A stretch of DNA of 64,000 nt from Parcubacteria group bacterium LiPW_15. Its GTDB lineage: Bacteria; Patescibacteriota; Minisyncoccia; UBA6257; 2-01-FULL-56-20. Made by a program: the position numbers and the translations under genes. Positions 37,052 through 46,221 of this stretch are shown piece after piece. The stretch's first letter is position 1. Each line of letters starts with the position of its first letter. Where the stretch lies: contig VMER01000002.1 of assembly GCA_007375645.1 (NCBI GenBank), forward strand, positions 29,710-93,709, in the 5' to 3' direction. The notes below the pieces were generated by a model, which worked only from the letters and a program-made list of their open reading frames with translations, did no database searches and was not told where the DNA came from.

Positions 37052-38485
37052 TCAGGGAATGCGGGAAAGGGCGATCGGATCTCTTGCGCGACTGCCTCTC
37101 AGAAGCGCGAGCAGATCTTCGAAGCGGCGACAGCCGGTATCGCTTCTCGCGTTGGCAAGAGCGATGCGGAAATTGTCCTCTCCGGAATCGCGGGTGTTCG
37201 GCGGAAGATTCCACCTCTCCTTGGCCACGATCAGCGTCTGAAGCGCGCGAGATTCGACATCGGCCAAGCTGATCTCGGCATCACCATAGATGCGCCGCGA
37301 GAGGCTCGCAACGCTGATGTCCGGAACCACTCCCTCGTTTCTGTCGTAAACCATGCACCGGAAAAAGATCTCTGCCTTCGGCGGAAGCACCTGTAGACTT
37401 CCGAGGTTCGGCTTGGCCGGCGATTTGTCCTCCGGCGGCGGAATCTCTGCCTTCTTCTTGGCTCCAAGGGTCGAGACTGCCTTAGCTGTCTTCCTGTTGG
37501 TCTTCTTGGGCTTGAGGGAAAGCTCGGTCCGCTCCGCAGCCTTCTCGGGCTCGGGAAGCGTGGCGCGCGCAGGCGGTTTCTTGGCCTCTTGTTTTTCGAG
37601 CTCCGAATTCTCGGGGGCGTCCCAACCCTTTTGAAGCGAGATGACCGAATGAAGTTCCTTGGCCAGAACCGAAAGACTCTCGAGTCTTGCGAGAAGATTC
37701 TTTCTCGAGGACTCGGTCAGGGCGCGGCAGGCCTCTTTCTGATCGCCCGAAGGAAGAGCGAGAAACGCCTTAGCGAGAGGTATGGCTGTGTTAGCCCTCC
37801 AGCCATAGAAAGCCAGAATCTTCCCCAAGATCCCGGCGGGTGATTTCGGAAGCTTGCTGACCGTGAGATTGATGCCATGAGCGGTTTGTCCCAGTTCTCG
37901 CGCCCCAACCGTGAACGCATCGCGGCCGGCGGCGAGATCATGAGCCATGCGGATGAGCCTGCCCTTCTCCCCTCGGTACTGCGCGAGAGAGAGCGCACCG
38001 ACCTGCGGAAGGCTCCCCGTCCGAACCATCTCCTGAATCTCCTCGGGGAGCTCCAAGAGCTTTAACCGGTTCAGAATGGTGAGCTCGGCTCGTCCGGTCA
38101 GTCGCCCGATTGAAGCGATCGTTTTTCCCCGCCCTCGAAGCTTTTTCAAGTACCTGGCTTCGTCAATCGGGTTGAGATCTTTGCGGCAGCAATTTTCCAC
38201 GAGCGAAGCAATTTCCGGATCCGATTCGCCGCTCAGGATGAGACACTCGATGAATTCCCATCCAAGAATTCGGGCGGCCCTTATGCGCCTTTCTCCGGCG
38301 ACAAGGTCGAAATAGCCTTCCGCCTCCGACGGCTTGACCGTCGGCGGCTGGATCAGCCCCTCCTCCTCGATGGAAGCGGCCAGCTCCCTTGTTTCGTCAT
38401 CATCGAACGTTTGTCTCGGCTGATTGGGATTCAGCAGAATGTGATCGAGTCGAACCTCAACCAATTCTTTTCGAGCATCTCTCAT
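37052..38485 (-). CDS. ParB/Srx-domain (ParB-like nuclease) protein with a Pro/Lys/Ala-rich C-terminal region. No partner parA.
   Basis: LDHILLNPNQPRQ .. LAASIEEEGLIQP .. LVAGERRIRAARILG, the ParB N-terminal domain. Start at internal Met 38485 with SD aggaaaggag. GC-rich. Confidence 0.65.
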   Translation of the reverse strand: MRDARKELVEVRLDHILLNPNQPRQTFDDDETRELAASIEEEGLIQPPTVKPSEAEGYFDLVAGERRIRAARILGWEFIECLILSGESDPEIASLVENCCRKDLNPIDEARYLKKLRGRGKTIASIGRLTGRAELTILNRLKLLELPEEIQEMVRTGSLPQVGALSLAQYRGEKGRLIRMAHDLAAGRDAFTVGARELGQTAHGINLTVSKLPKSPAGILGKILAFYGWRANTAIPLAKAFLALPSGDQKEACRALTESSRKNLLARLESLSVLAKELHSVISLQKGWDAPENSELEKQEAKKPPARATLPEPEKAAERTELSLKPKKTNRKTAKAVSTLGAKKKAEIPPPEDKSPAKPNLGSLQVLPPKAEIFFRCMVYDRNEGVVPDISVASLSRRIYGDAEISLADVESRALQTLIVAKERWNLPPNTRDSGEDNFRIALANARSDTGCRRFEDLLALLRGSRARDPIALSRIP

Positions 38486-38645
38486 CTTCGAGATCTCCTT
38501 TCCTAATATCGAATTGAAGAACCAAGAACATTCTATGCGCCGCCCGCCAGATGTAAAGCCCTTTGACACTTCCCCCCACTCCGCTAATATACTAAGGTAG
38601 CAATCGAAAGCTGTTCGGCCTCCGGGCCCAAGCATATAACCCGCC

Positions 38646-39152
38646 ATCCAAAATCCGAGGATAAACAACCAAATTACCGCGCCCGAACTTCGGGTGATAG
38701 ATGCCGAGGGCAAGAACCTCGGAGTTTTGGCGCTTGGTGACGCGCTGGCCCTCGTGCCGCAATCTTCCGGAATGGACCTCATCGAAATCTCCCCGAATGC
38801 TAAGCCGCCGGTCGCAAGGATAATGAGTTATGACAAGTTCCGCTATGAACAGGAAAAGCTCGAGAAAAAGCAGCGCCAGTCCCAGAAGCAAACCGATCTG
38901 AAAGTTGTGCAGATCAGCGCCCGGGCAGCGGAAAACGATCTTCAAGTGAAACTTAAGCGACTTGAGGAGTTTTTGGGCGAAGGCCACCAGGTAATGATAA
39001 ATATGCGTTTGAAGGGCAGGGAAAAAGCCAACAAATCCTGGGCGGAACAAAAACTTAAAGATTTCATGAATATGGTCAAAACCGAATATAAGGTAATAGC
39101 CCCGCCTCGCTACGCCGGCAACGGTTTCTCGGCGCAGATCGTGAAGAAATAA
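38646..39152 (+). CDS. infC: Translation initiation factor IF-3, probably with a non-AUG start
   Basis: RINNQITAPELRVIDAEGKNLGV .. DLIEISPNAKPPVARIMSYDKFRYEQEK matches IF-3. The in-frame region upstream of GTG 38694 is open back to the stop at 38637-38639 and encodes conserved N-terminal residues. Candidate start ATC 38646 (or ATA 38661), as in autoregulated infC. Confidence 0.75.
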   Translation: MQNPRINNQITAPELRVIDAEGKNLGVLALGDALALVPQSSGMDLIEISPNAKPPVARIMSYDKFRYEQEKLEKKQRQSQKQTDLKVVQISARAAENDLQVKLKRLEEFLGEGHQVMINMRLKGREKANKSWAEQKLKDFMNMVKTEYKVIAPPRYAGNGFSAQIVKK

Positions 39153-39234
39153 AACGGCGATCCCCCCACCCTCGGCAACCCTCGCGGTAGTTGCAATCTT
39201 TTCGGCAATCATTTAGAATAATTGAGCTAAAAAC

Positions 39235-39411
39235 ATGCGCAAAAGCCTAACCAAAAGAATTCGTATAACTAAAAATGGCAAGGTTATCCGCCGCCCAATG
39301 CGCTCGGGCCATAACCGCACCCGGAAATCCACCAAAAACATCAAGGCCAAGAGCAAAACCAAGGGTCTCGATTTTCCAATCAAAAAGATATTAGGTTCGC
39401 AAACAAAATAA
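39235..39411 (+). CDS. rpmI: 50S ribosomal protein L35
   Basis: 58-aa ORF missed by the track (under 60 aa). MRKSLTKRIRITKNGKVIRRPMRSGHNRTRKSTKNIKAKSK. Lies between infC and rplT, the conserved operon order. Confidence 0.7.
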   Translation: MRKSLTKRIRITKNGKVIRRPMRSGHNRTRKSTKNIKAKSKTKGLDFPIKKILGSQTK

Positions 39412-39412
39412 A

Positions 39413-39760
39413 ATGCCAAGAGTAAAACGCGGCGTAATTGCCCACAAAAAGAGGGAGAAGATCCTCAAAAAAACCAAAGGCTATCGTTGGGGAAGAAAAT
39501 CGAAAGAACGCGCCGCTAAAGAAGCGCTCCTCCACGCCGAAGCCAGAATGTTCCGCGGCCGCAAAGAAAAGAAACGCGTGGCCCGCTCGATCTGGAACGT
39601 AAAGATAAGCGCCGCGACCCGAGAAGCCGGAATGAGCTACAGCAAGTTCATCGGCGCGTTGAAGAAGGCGAACATTAAATTAGATAGGAAAATACTCGCC
39701 GATCTCGCAAAAAACAATCCGGAAGTGTTCAAGAAGGTCTTCGCCATCGTTTCCAAGTAA
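39413..39760 (+). CDS. rplT: 50S ribosomal protein L20
   Basis: MPRVKRGVIAHKKREKILKKTKGYRWGRKSK.. Confidence 0.9.
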   Translation: MPRVKRGVIAHKKREKILKKTKGYRWGRKSKERAAKEALLHAEARMFRGRKEKKRVARSIWNVKISAATREAGMSYSKFIGALKKANIKLDRKILADLAKNNPEVFKKVFAIVSK

Positions 39761-39780
39761 ATAAAGAAGCTCCAAGAAAA

Positions 39781-39804
39781 AACCGCGTCTTACGCGGTTT
39801 TTTC
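39781..39804 (+). terminator. Bidirectional intrinsic terminator. AACCGCG-tctta-CGCGGTT plus T-tract.
   Basis: Perfect 7-bp stem and ttttttc. An A-tract upstream lets it also serve the minus strand. Confidence 0.65.
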
Positions 39805-40371
39805 TTTCTTTTGATGGATCTCGGCGGGCTTGTTCTCCGGGTGAGCCGGGTGCCGCTTCACCTGATGCGGATGCGTTTGCGTTCCGGGCCGATGAGTGGA
39901 ATATTTTTTCTGCCTCCCTTTTATAAATTCATGCGCCAGTTTTAGAACGCGCTTGGTCCCAACGTATTGCTTCCCGATGACCTTGATCGCGTCGTGGTAG
40001 AGGAACCATCCATAACCGCTGTGCTCCCTCGGAACAATCGTGACCTGAACTTTTTTGGTCTCCGCCAAATACAAAATTACGGTGTCGAAAATCCTTTCGT
40101 CCCCCCGATCAAAATAGAATCGCTCATATGCGCGAAAGCCCTGAATCAGGCGCATATCCTCCTTGCCTATTCCGGTCTCCTCCTTGGTCTCCCTAAGAGC
40201 CGTATCGAGGCTGGTTTCACCGAGCTCGAAATGCCCTTTCGGGAAGTTCCAATAAGATCCCCTTCTATAAAGCAAAAGATATTTGACCCCGTCTTCGGTC
40301 CTCCTATATATCACAAATCCGGCAACAACCTGTTTTTTTATCTGTTTTTTGTTTTCTTGTTTACTTTCCAC
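39790..40371 (-). CDS. NUDIX hydrolase
   Basis: Nudix box GHFELGETSLDTALRETKEETGI. The basic C-terminal tail is encoded across the terminator hairpin. Confidence 0.75.
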   Translation of the reverse strand: MESKQENKKQIKKQVVAGFVIYRRTEDGVKYLLLYRRGSYWNFPKGHFELGETSLDTALRETKEETGIGKEDMRLIQGFRAYERFYFDRGDERIFDTVILYLAETKKVQVTIVPREHSGYGWFLYHDAIKVIGKQYVGTKRVLKLAHEFIKGRQKKYSTHRPGTQTHPHQVKRHPAHPENKPAEIHQKKEKTA

Positions 40372-40471
40372 TACCTAATACTACACTGGGCGCCAAAAGC
40401 AGGAAAGGGTTTCGGCCCTTGACATTAAGGGTTGGTTTACGGATATTATACCCAGCAGAAAGGAGGACGAA

Positions 40472-41116
40472 ATGCCCACAAAGCGGTTTTTGATCGAAGT
40501 TCCGGACGCCGCTTATGTGCAGGAGTTCTGGCGCGAAGGTGGTTCACCGGTAATGTGCGGAATGGCCGAAGTTACCGCAGAATCAATCCGGCTTCAGCTC
40601 CTCGCCGGGGCAGGCGTGGCGGAGATCGACAAAACGATCGAGCCCCAAAAAGAAAGGTTGTTGACGCTTGTGTGCATCTCGTTCGACAACCAAGCGAGCA
40701 TCACAGTAACCGAAGTGAAAACCGAGGACAAGGATGGGTCCGAACGAAAGGAGGGCGAAATGCCCACGATCACCGTCGATTGTTGCGCCGGGAGAGAAGA
40801 CTACCCGGGCCAGTGCCTGAAGAGCCGCTGTCCTCACTATGAGGCTGCGCGCCGCCGGCTCCTAGAGTTCCAGCCTCCGTACGTGGGGACGGGGTTCGGG
40901 AGCCTTCACAAGGAACCGACCCACAGCCAGTTCCTCGTTGCGGTCAAGGAAGACCTTGCCAATTCTCGCGCGGCATGCGCGCGGGCCGAACGCCTCTTCA
41001 ACACCGCCTATGGATGCGGCAATGATCTGACCCAGGAAAGTGGCGTGTGGTTCCGGGCCCACCTCACCGAGTGCAAGCCCTGTGCCGATCGCTTCACCCG
41101 CGCAACGGCTTCGTGA
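40472..41116 (+). CDS. Hypothetical Cys-rich protein (GC-rich ORFan E)
   Basis: 214 aa. SD aaaggagg lies 7 nt before the ATG. TTGACA at 40419-40424 lies upstream. A strong terminator lies downstream. Several CxxC-like pairs. Confidence 0.5.
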   Translation: MPTKRFLIEVPDAAYVQEFWREGGSPVMCGMAEVTAESIRLQLLAGAGVAEIDKTIEPQKERLLTLVCISFDNQASITVTEVKTEDKDGSERKEGEMPTITVDCCAGREDYPGQCLKSRCPHYEAARRRLLEFQPPYVGTGFGSLHKEPTHSQFLVAVKEDLANSRAACARAERLFNTAYGCGNDLTQESGVWFRAHLTECKPCADRFTRATAS

Positions 41117-41124
41117 GCCGTCCT

Positions 41125-41158
41125 GCCTCGCCCGCCCATGGGCGAGGCTTATTTATTT
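41125..41158 (+). terminator. Intrinsic terminator. GCCTCGCCC-gcccat-GGGCGAGGC plus T-rich tract.
   Basis: 9-bp perfect stem. Confidence 0.65.
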
Positions 41159-41440
41159 CAAAAATCCAAGCATTTTCTCGACAGACCCCTTCTTCGTTAA
41201 AACTTCGAAGGGCAAGCACGCTTCTTACTTTAACAATCTCAACATTCCGTCAACATCTCTAGTGTTTATGATATCGCTCGCTTTTGCCGCATCCGCGTCG
41301 CTTCGCTCCCTCCGAACCCTCGGTTCTGAGTAATCTCTCCCGAGGGCATACTCGGGATTACGCATCTCTAAGTCGCTATCGCTCCAAGAGCTGCGAGAAC
41401 GACACTCCGACCCCTCCCTGCCGTGGTTGGGCGGTTTTTG

Positions 41441-43168
41441 TTATCCTCGCTTGAGCGAACTTAACATTTTCTCAACAGGCCAAGCGTTTATAATATCCGA
41501 TTTCTTTGCCCAACCGCGTCTCGCGTTCGCAATTCCGTATTCCAAAAATTCAAAATGTGCGACAGAGTGCGCATCGCTGTCTATGCTCATTTTTACGCCG
41601 GAGTCCACGCACTTTCTTATATATTCGTCTTTCAAATCCAGCCTGTCGGGATAAGCGTCGATTTCGAGAATTGTGCCTGTTTTTTTTGCTTGTTTGATGA
41701 CCGCGTCCATATCCACGTCATACGGCGCCCGCCGCCCAAGGACTCTGCCGGTTGGATGAAAAAGAATGTCGGCATTTTTGTTTGTCATCGCTTTTAATAT
41801 TCGCGCGGTCTGCTCTTCGCGGCTCAAATTAAAATAGGAATGCACGGAGATGCCGACGACATCCAGCTTCGCGAGAACCTCATCCGCAATATCCAGAGAG
41901 CCGTCTTTTAAGATGTCACATTCGCTCCCCTTCAGTATTTTTATTCTGCCCGTAAATTTTTTGTTGAGCCCATCAATCTCCTCCATCTGCTTCAATAATT
42001 TTTTCTCATCCAACCCTCCGGTCATCGCCAAGCGCTTGGTGTGGTCGGTAACTACAAAATATTTTAGCCCTGCCTTGATCGCGGCAACCGCCATCTCCTC
42101 GATGGAATTGGCGCCATCCGTCCAGCTGGTCTGAGTTTGGAGATCGCCCAAAAGAGAACCGTATTCTATTGGCTCCGGCAGTTCTTTTTTATGAGAAAGC
42201 TCGATTTCCCCCGTATTTTCCCGCATTTCCGGAGGGATATAACCGAACCCCAGCGCCCCATAAACCTCCTCTTCCGTTTTACCGGCGATTCTCCTTTCGC
42301 CCTTCCAGAGTCCGTATTCGTTGAGTTTCAAACCTTTTTTAACCGCAACTTCTCTGAGCGCGATGTTATGATCTTTGGAGCCCGTAAAGTAATTAAGCGC
42401 CGCGCCGTAGGCCGCCGGCTCAACAACCCTCAAGTCCGCATCCAATCCCGCATCCAAAGCAACAGATGACTTGGTCGGGCCCTTGGCGAGGATTCGCGCC
42501 ACATTGGGAAGGCCCGTAAATTTCTCCATTACGCGTTCGGGGTTTTTCGCCACAACTAAAATATCTATATCCCCTATTGTTTCTTTTCTCCTCCTCAAAG
42601 ATCCGGCGACCGTGCATTTTTCGACGCCAGAAACCGAGCTCAAGCGCGCTACGATGCTTTTTGCGAGAGGAAGAACCCGCCCGATAGGCAGGCGTCCCTC
42701 CGATCTTTTTTGAAACTCAATTCCTTTTAAAATTTTGGCCTCGGCTTTTTCCCCGAAACCGGGCAGGGTTCTTATCTTTCCCGCACGCGCTAATTTTTCG
42801 AGATCCGCTAAATTCTTTATCCCCAACTCCGCATAAAGTTTTTTTATGGACTTCGGACCCAACCCCTCGACGGAAGAAAGTTCGGCGAGATCCACCGGGG
42901 TTTTCTTTTTTAGTCCTTCGTATTCTTTTATTTTTCCATGCAAAATCAGTTCTTCTATTTTTTCGCCGATGGAACGGCCGACTCCGGGAATTTTCTCCAC
43001 CTCTTTCAAGCCGCCTTTTTTGTATATTTCCGAAACCGGTTCGGCGAGAGAATGGATCGCCTCGGCCGCTTTTTCATAAGCTCGCGGCTTAAATGCGACT
43101 CCCTGCATCGCTAGGTATTCGCCGATTCCTCCTATCACCTCCGCTATCTTCTCGTTCGAGATATCCAT
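41441..43168 (-). CDS. DNA polymerase X family protein (Pol-beta-like core plus PHP domain)
   Basis: 575 aa. HhH motifs GIGRSIGEKI and GVGPKS. PolX NT domain. C-terminal PHP (..VTDHTKRLAMTGG..). Confidence 0.85.
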   Translation of the reverse strand: MDISNEKIAEVIGGIGEYLAMQGVAFKPRAYEKAAEAIHSLAEPVSEIYKKGGLKEVEKIPGVGRSIGEKIEELILHGKIKEYEGLKKKTPVDLAELSSVEGLGPKSIKKLYAELGIKNLADLEKLARAGKIRTLPGFGEKAEAKILKGIEFQKRSEGRLPIGRVLPLAKSIVARLSSVSGVEKCTVAGSLRRRKETIGDIDILVVAKNPERVMEKFTGLPNVARILAKGPTKSSVALDAGLDADLRVVEPAAYGAALNYFTGSKDHNIALREVAVKKGLKLNEYGLWKGERRIAGKTEEEVYGALGFGYIPPEMRENTGEIELSHKKELPEPIEYGSLLGDLQTQTSWTDGANSIEEMAVAAIKAGLKYFVVTDHTKRLAMTGGLDEKKLLKQMEEIDGLNKKFTGRIKILKGSECDILKDGSLDIADEVLAKLDVVGISVHSYFNLSREEQTARILKAMTNKNADILFHPTGRVLGRRAPYDVDMDAVIKQAKKTGTILEIDAYPDRLDLKDEYIRKCVDSGVKMSIDSDAHSVAHFEFLEYGIANARRGWAKKSDIINAWPVEKMLSSLKRG

Positions 43169-43174
43169 TTTATT

Positions 43175-45679
43175 TTAAGCTGCGTGGAAGACCAACTGCT
43201 CGTTTTCTATCGCAACCACCATCTCGCTGCCCCGGTCTATCTCCTTGCGTAATATTTTTTCGGCCAACACGGATCGGAGCTTTTCTTCTATCACCCTACG
43301 TATCGGCCTGGCTCCAAAAGCAGGATCGTATCCCTGCTTCACCACATAAGCGGCGACGCTTGCGTCAAACTTTACGGATATGCCCTGCTCGCCCAAAGTT
43401 TTTCTTAACTCTTCAAGCTGTATCGCCGCGACTTCCGCAAGTTCTTTCGGCTCCAAATTGCGGAAAATCACCGCTCTTGAAAATCTGTTTATGAGTTCCG
43501 GTTTAAATACGTCGGTTAGCTTTTTCTTCAGATATTCGGCGATATCCGACATGTTCTGCCCCTCCGACAGCGCCTGATTGATGATGTCCGAATGGGCGTT
43601 TGAAGTAGCGATGATAACGGTATTTTGAAAATCCGCCGTCCGCCCAAGCCCATCGGTCAGCCGCCCATCATCCAAAACCTGGAGAAACAGATCCAAAATA
43701 TCCGGAAAGGCTTTTTCGAATTCATCAAGGAGAATCAAGGAATACGGCCGCGCGAGAACCGCCTCGGTAAGCGCACCCCTCACCGACCCGTCCGCGGAAC
43801 CGATAAGCCGCTCGAAACTTTTCTTGTCCTGATATTCGGTCATATCAAAACGGGTCATCATTGTCTTGGAACCGAATTGAACTTCGGCTACCAGCTTTGC
43901 CAGTTCGGTTTTCCCGACGCCGGTCGGACCCACGAACAAAAAACTTGCAATCGGCCCGCCCTTCCTTGAAAGCCCGGAGCGATATTCTCTTAACGCATTG
44001 CCCACGGATTTCACCGCCTCATCCTGGTTTATAAATTTTTTGTGAATGGTTTCTTCAAAATTCAGAAGGGATTCCGTCTCGTCCTTGCCGGCCTCATGGA
44101 TCGGAATATTCACTTTTGCTTCCGCCGCCGCAACCACATCTTCCGGCGAAGCTTTTTTCTCTCCTTTTTGCTCCGCCCTGGATATGGCGGCTCTCAAAAG
44201 ATCTTCTGCGCTGCCCGGCAGAAACTTTGTTCCACTAAAATATTTTTTAGCCAGCATAACCGCGGTTTTTACCGCTCCGAAGCTAACCGCAATGCCGGTC
44301 TGTCTTTCCAAAATTATTCCGTCGAGCGTCAAAATTTTGCGCGCCTCTTCTTCGCTTATCTCTTCAACCTTGACGACCTCGAAGAATCCGAGAAAATCGC
44401 TCCTGGCTTCGATATCTTTTTTAAATTCTTTGGGGTAGGTAGAGGCGATGACCGGAAAACTATTGCCTTGAATGAGGGGCAAGAGTGCGTCCGCCGCAGA
44501 CATATACGCCTCGCCGGAAGTTTTTAAAAGATTATGAACCTCCGGCAGATAAAGGATTATATTTTCGGCCGCTACGATCTCTCCCACAATTTTTTGGATT
44601 CGCAGCTGAACCTCTTCCGGCGACGCTCCGGCTATCATCCTCGCGATATCTAAACCGACTAAGCGCTTATCGAAGAGCGCTTGCGGCGCCTTGTCTTTTA
44701 TTATGTCGAAAGCCAGGTGGGAAATTATGGTTTCCTTACCGATCCCCGCTTCGCCCACAAGAAGCGCGTTTGGGCTTTGTCCTCGCGAGAGTATTTCCGC
44801 GAGCCTCGCATATTCTTTTTCGTGACCGATAAGGAAGCCCACCTGTCCGGCGCGGGCCAGGTCGGTATAATCGTCACCGAACTTATCCAAAATTGGAGTC
44901 GGCCTGGCAGTCCAGGCGCGGTTCATCACCCGGTGCCGAAGCCCTTTGTGCAGTTCCGGAGAAGCGCCGCCCAAACTGCTGTGCTTCCCGACTTTGGCGG
45001 CAAAATCCGTTATCATTATTGCGGATTCTATATCCCCTGCCGAAAGAGAAAACATGTGGAACAGTCTTTTAAGATATTCGTCTTCAACGGACGCCAGCGA
45101 AGAAAAAAGGTCACAGGGACGGACAAATCTGTGCCCGGAATTGAGCGCTTGAGCCGCGGCTAAACCGGCAAGCGTTTTTATTTTCGCCAAAGGATCGTTT
45201 TCCTCCGCGCTCCGGCCCTCCGACTCAGAAAGCAAAGACTCCAGTTTCTGCGAAAATTCATCGATCTTAATGTCCAGGCGCAAAAATCCTTTTTTTATCT
45301 GATCCAAGGATAAAAGGACTGAGGCTAGTTCCAAATAAAAGTTTGTTTTCTTGACTCCACTCCTCTCAAGGGCGCGCTCGATCGCCTTATAAGTTTTCGG
45401 TAAAAAATATTTTGCCAGATTAGCCGAACCCGCCTTCGGAAGTTCGCTAAGCGGAACGTCTCCCTCTCCCCAATGTCTTATCCGATCAAAAAGGAAAAGG
45501 AGCAGAAACAACCCAAGATATTGAAGGTTTTTGCTGTCAGAAGAAAGGGTCGTGAATATTGCCGCGAAAAGGGTCGCATAGCCAACCGCCCCCGCCGCAC
45601 GGACAAAAAGCCTGCCGGCGTACGTCATCTTGAGCCGGGGCTCGTCAAAGATCGGAATTGGTTTATTTTCGCCGTCCAT
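43175..45679 (-). CDS. ClpC/ClpB-like AAA+ chaperone with N-terminal TM helices and a degenerate D1 ATPase
   Basis: D1 Walker A LVGEAGIGKETII and Walker B IILYLPEVH, both non-canonical. D2 Walker A FVGPTGVGKTELAK and Walker B LLDEFEKA, both intact. Two N-terminal hydrophobic segments. Confidence 0.75.
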   Translation of the reverse strand: MDGENKPIPIFDEPRLKMTYAGRLFVRAAGAVGYATLFAAIFTTLSSDSKNLQYLGLFLLLFLFDRIRHWGEGDVPLSELPKAGSANLAKYFLPKTYKAIERALERSGVKKTNFYLELASVLLSLDQIKKGFLRLDIKIDEFSQKLESLLSESEGRSAEENDPLAKIKTLAGLAAAQALNSGHRFVRPCDLFSSLASVEDEYLKRLFHMFSLSAGDIESAIMITDFAAKVGKHSSLGGASPELHKGLRHRVMNRAWTARPTPILDKFGDDYTDLARAGQVGFLIGHEKEYARLAEILSRGQSPNALLVGEAGIGKETIISHLAFDIIKDKAPQALFDKRLVGLDIARMIAGASPEEVQLRIQKIVGEIVAAENIILYLPEVHNLLKTSGEAYMSAADALLPLIQGNSFPVIASTYPKEFKKDIEARSDFLGFFEVVKVEEISEEEARKILTLDGIILERQTGIAVSFGAVKTAVMLAKKYFSGTKFLPGSAEDLLRAAISRAEQKGEKKASPEDVVAAAEAKVNIPIHEAGKDETESLLNFEETIHKKFINQDEAVKSVGNALREYRSGLSRKGGPIASFLFVGPTGVGKTELAKLVAEVQFGSKTMMTRFDMTEYQDKKSFERLIGSADGSVRGALTEAVLARPYSLILLDEFEKAFPDILDLFLQVLDDGRLTDGLGRTADFQNTVIIATSNAHSDIINQALSEGQNMSDIAEYLKKKLTDVFKPELINRFSRAVIFRNLEPKELAEVAAIQLEELRKTLGEQGISVKFDASVAAYVVKQGYDPAFGARPIRRVIEEKLRSVLAEKILRKEIDRGSEMVVAIENEQLVFHAA

Positions 45680-45680
45680 T

Positions 45681-46028
45681 TTAAATAGGTTTAATCGCGA
45701 GGGCCAAAATTGAAATCGGCAGCATCAGCCAAAAAAAATAAATTATCAGAAACATTCCGCCCAAAACGCAGTAAACCACTAATCCGACGAAAAGCCGCAA
45801 AGAACGAAAAATAAATCCAATTGTCCGTCCGATCACGGTGTAATCTTTATAAAGCGGTTCGAAAATGTGCCTGAGCGTGACCCGAAAAGCCAAAAAACCG
45901 TCTGCGCGCTCCAGAACAAGGATAAATCGATGGAAAATGGAACGCGAACCGTCCACATACCAGTGGTGAAAAAAGTCTTTTGCCCGAAAATAAAGTCTGT
46001 AAAAAATATAGGTAAGGGAGAAATCCAT
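45681..46028 (-). CDS. Small membrane protein (hypothetical), probably co-transcribed with the clpC-like gene
   Basis: 115 aa, 2-3 TM. Its stop abuts the clpC-like start. TATAAT lies about 9 nt upstream of its ATG and there is no SD, so it may be leaderless. Confidence 0.35.
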   Translation of the reverse strand: MDFSLTYIFYRLYFRAKDFFHHWYVDGSRSIFHRFILVLERADGFLAFRVTLRHIFEPLYKDYTVIGRTIGFIFRSLRLFVGLVVYCVLGGMFLIIYFFWLMLPISILALAIKPI

Positions 46029-46221
46029 ATAAATGAATTATAACAGAGTTCCAAAATTGCTTGCATTTCCATTTTTCCGGTAGCAAAATCCGTCAAGAAC
46101 CCGAAAGGGATACCGAAGGGAGGGGTCTTTCTATGAGTGGCAGAAAGAGATTCACCCGGGGACGCGCAGGCAGGCCCCGCCCCGCCCAAAAGCCCAAAGC
46201 TCAACGAACGGGGCTCTTTTT

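Noticed and set aside
38592-39212. 206-aa minus-strand ORF
   Set aside because: It is antisense to infC, whose translation is strongly IF-3-like.
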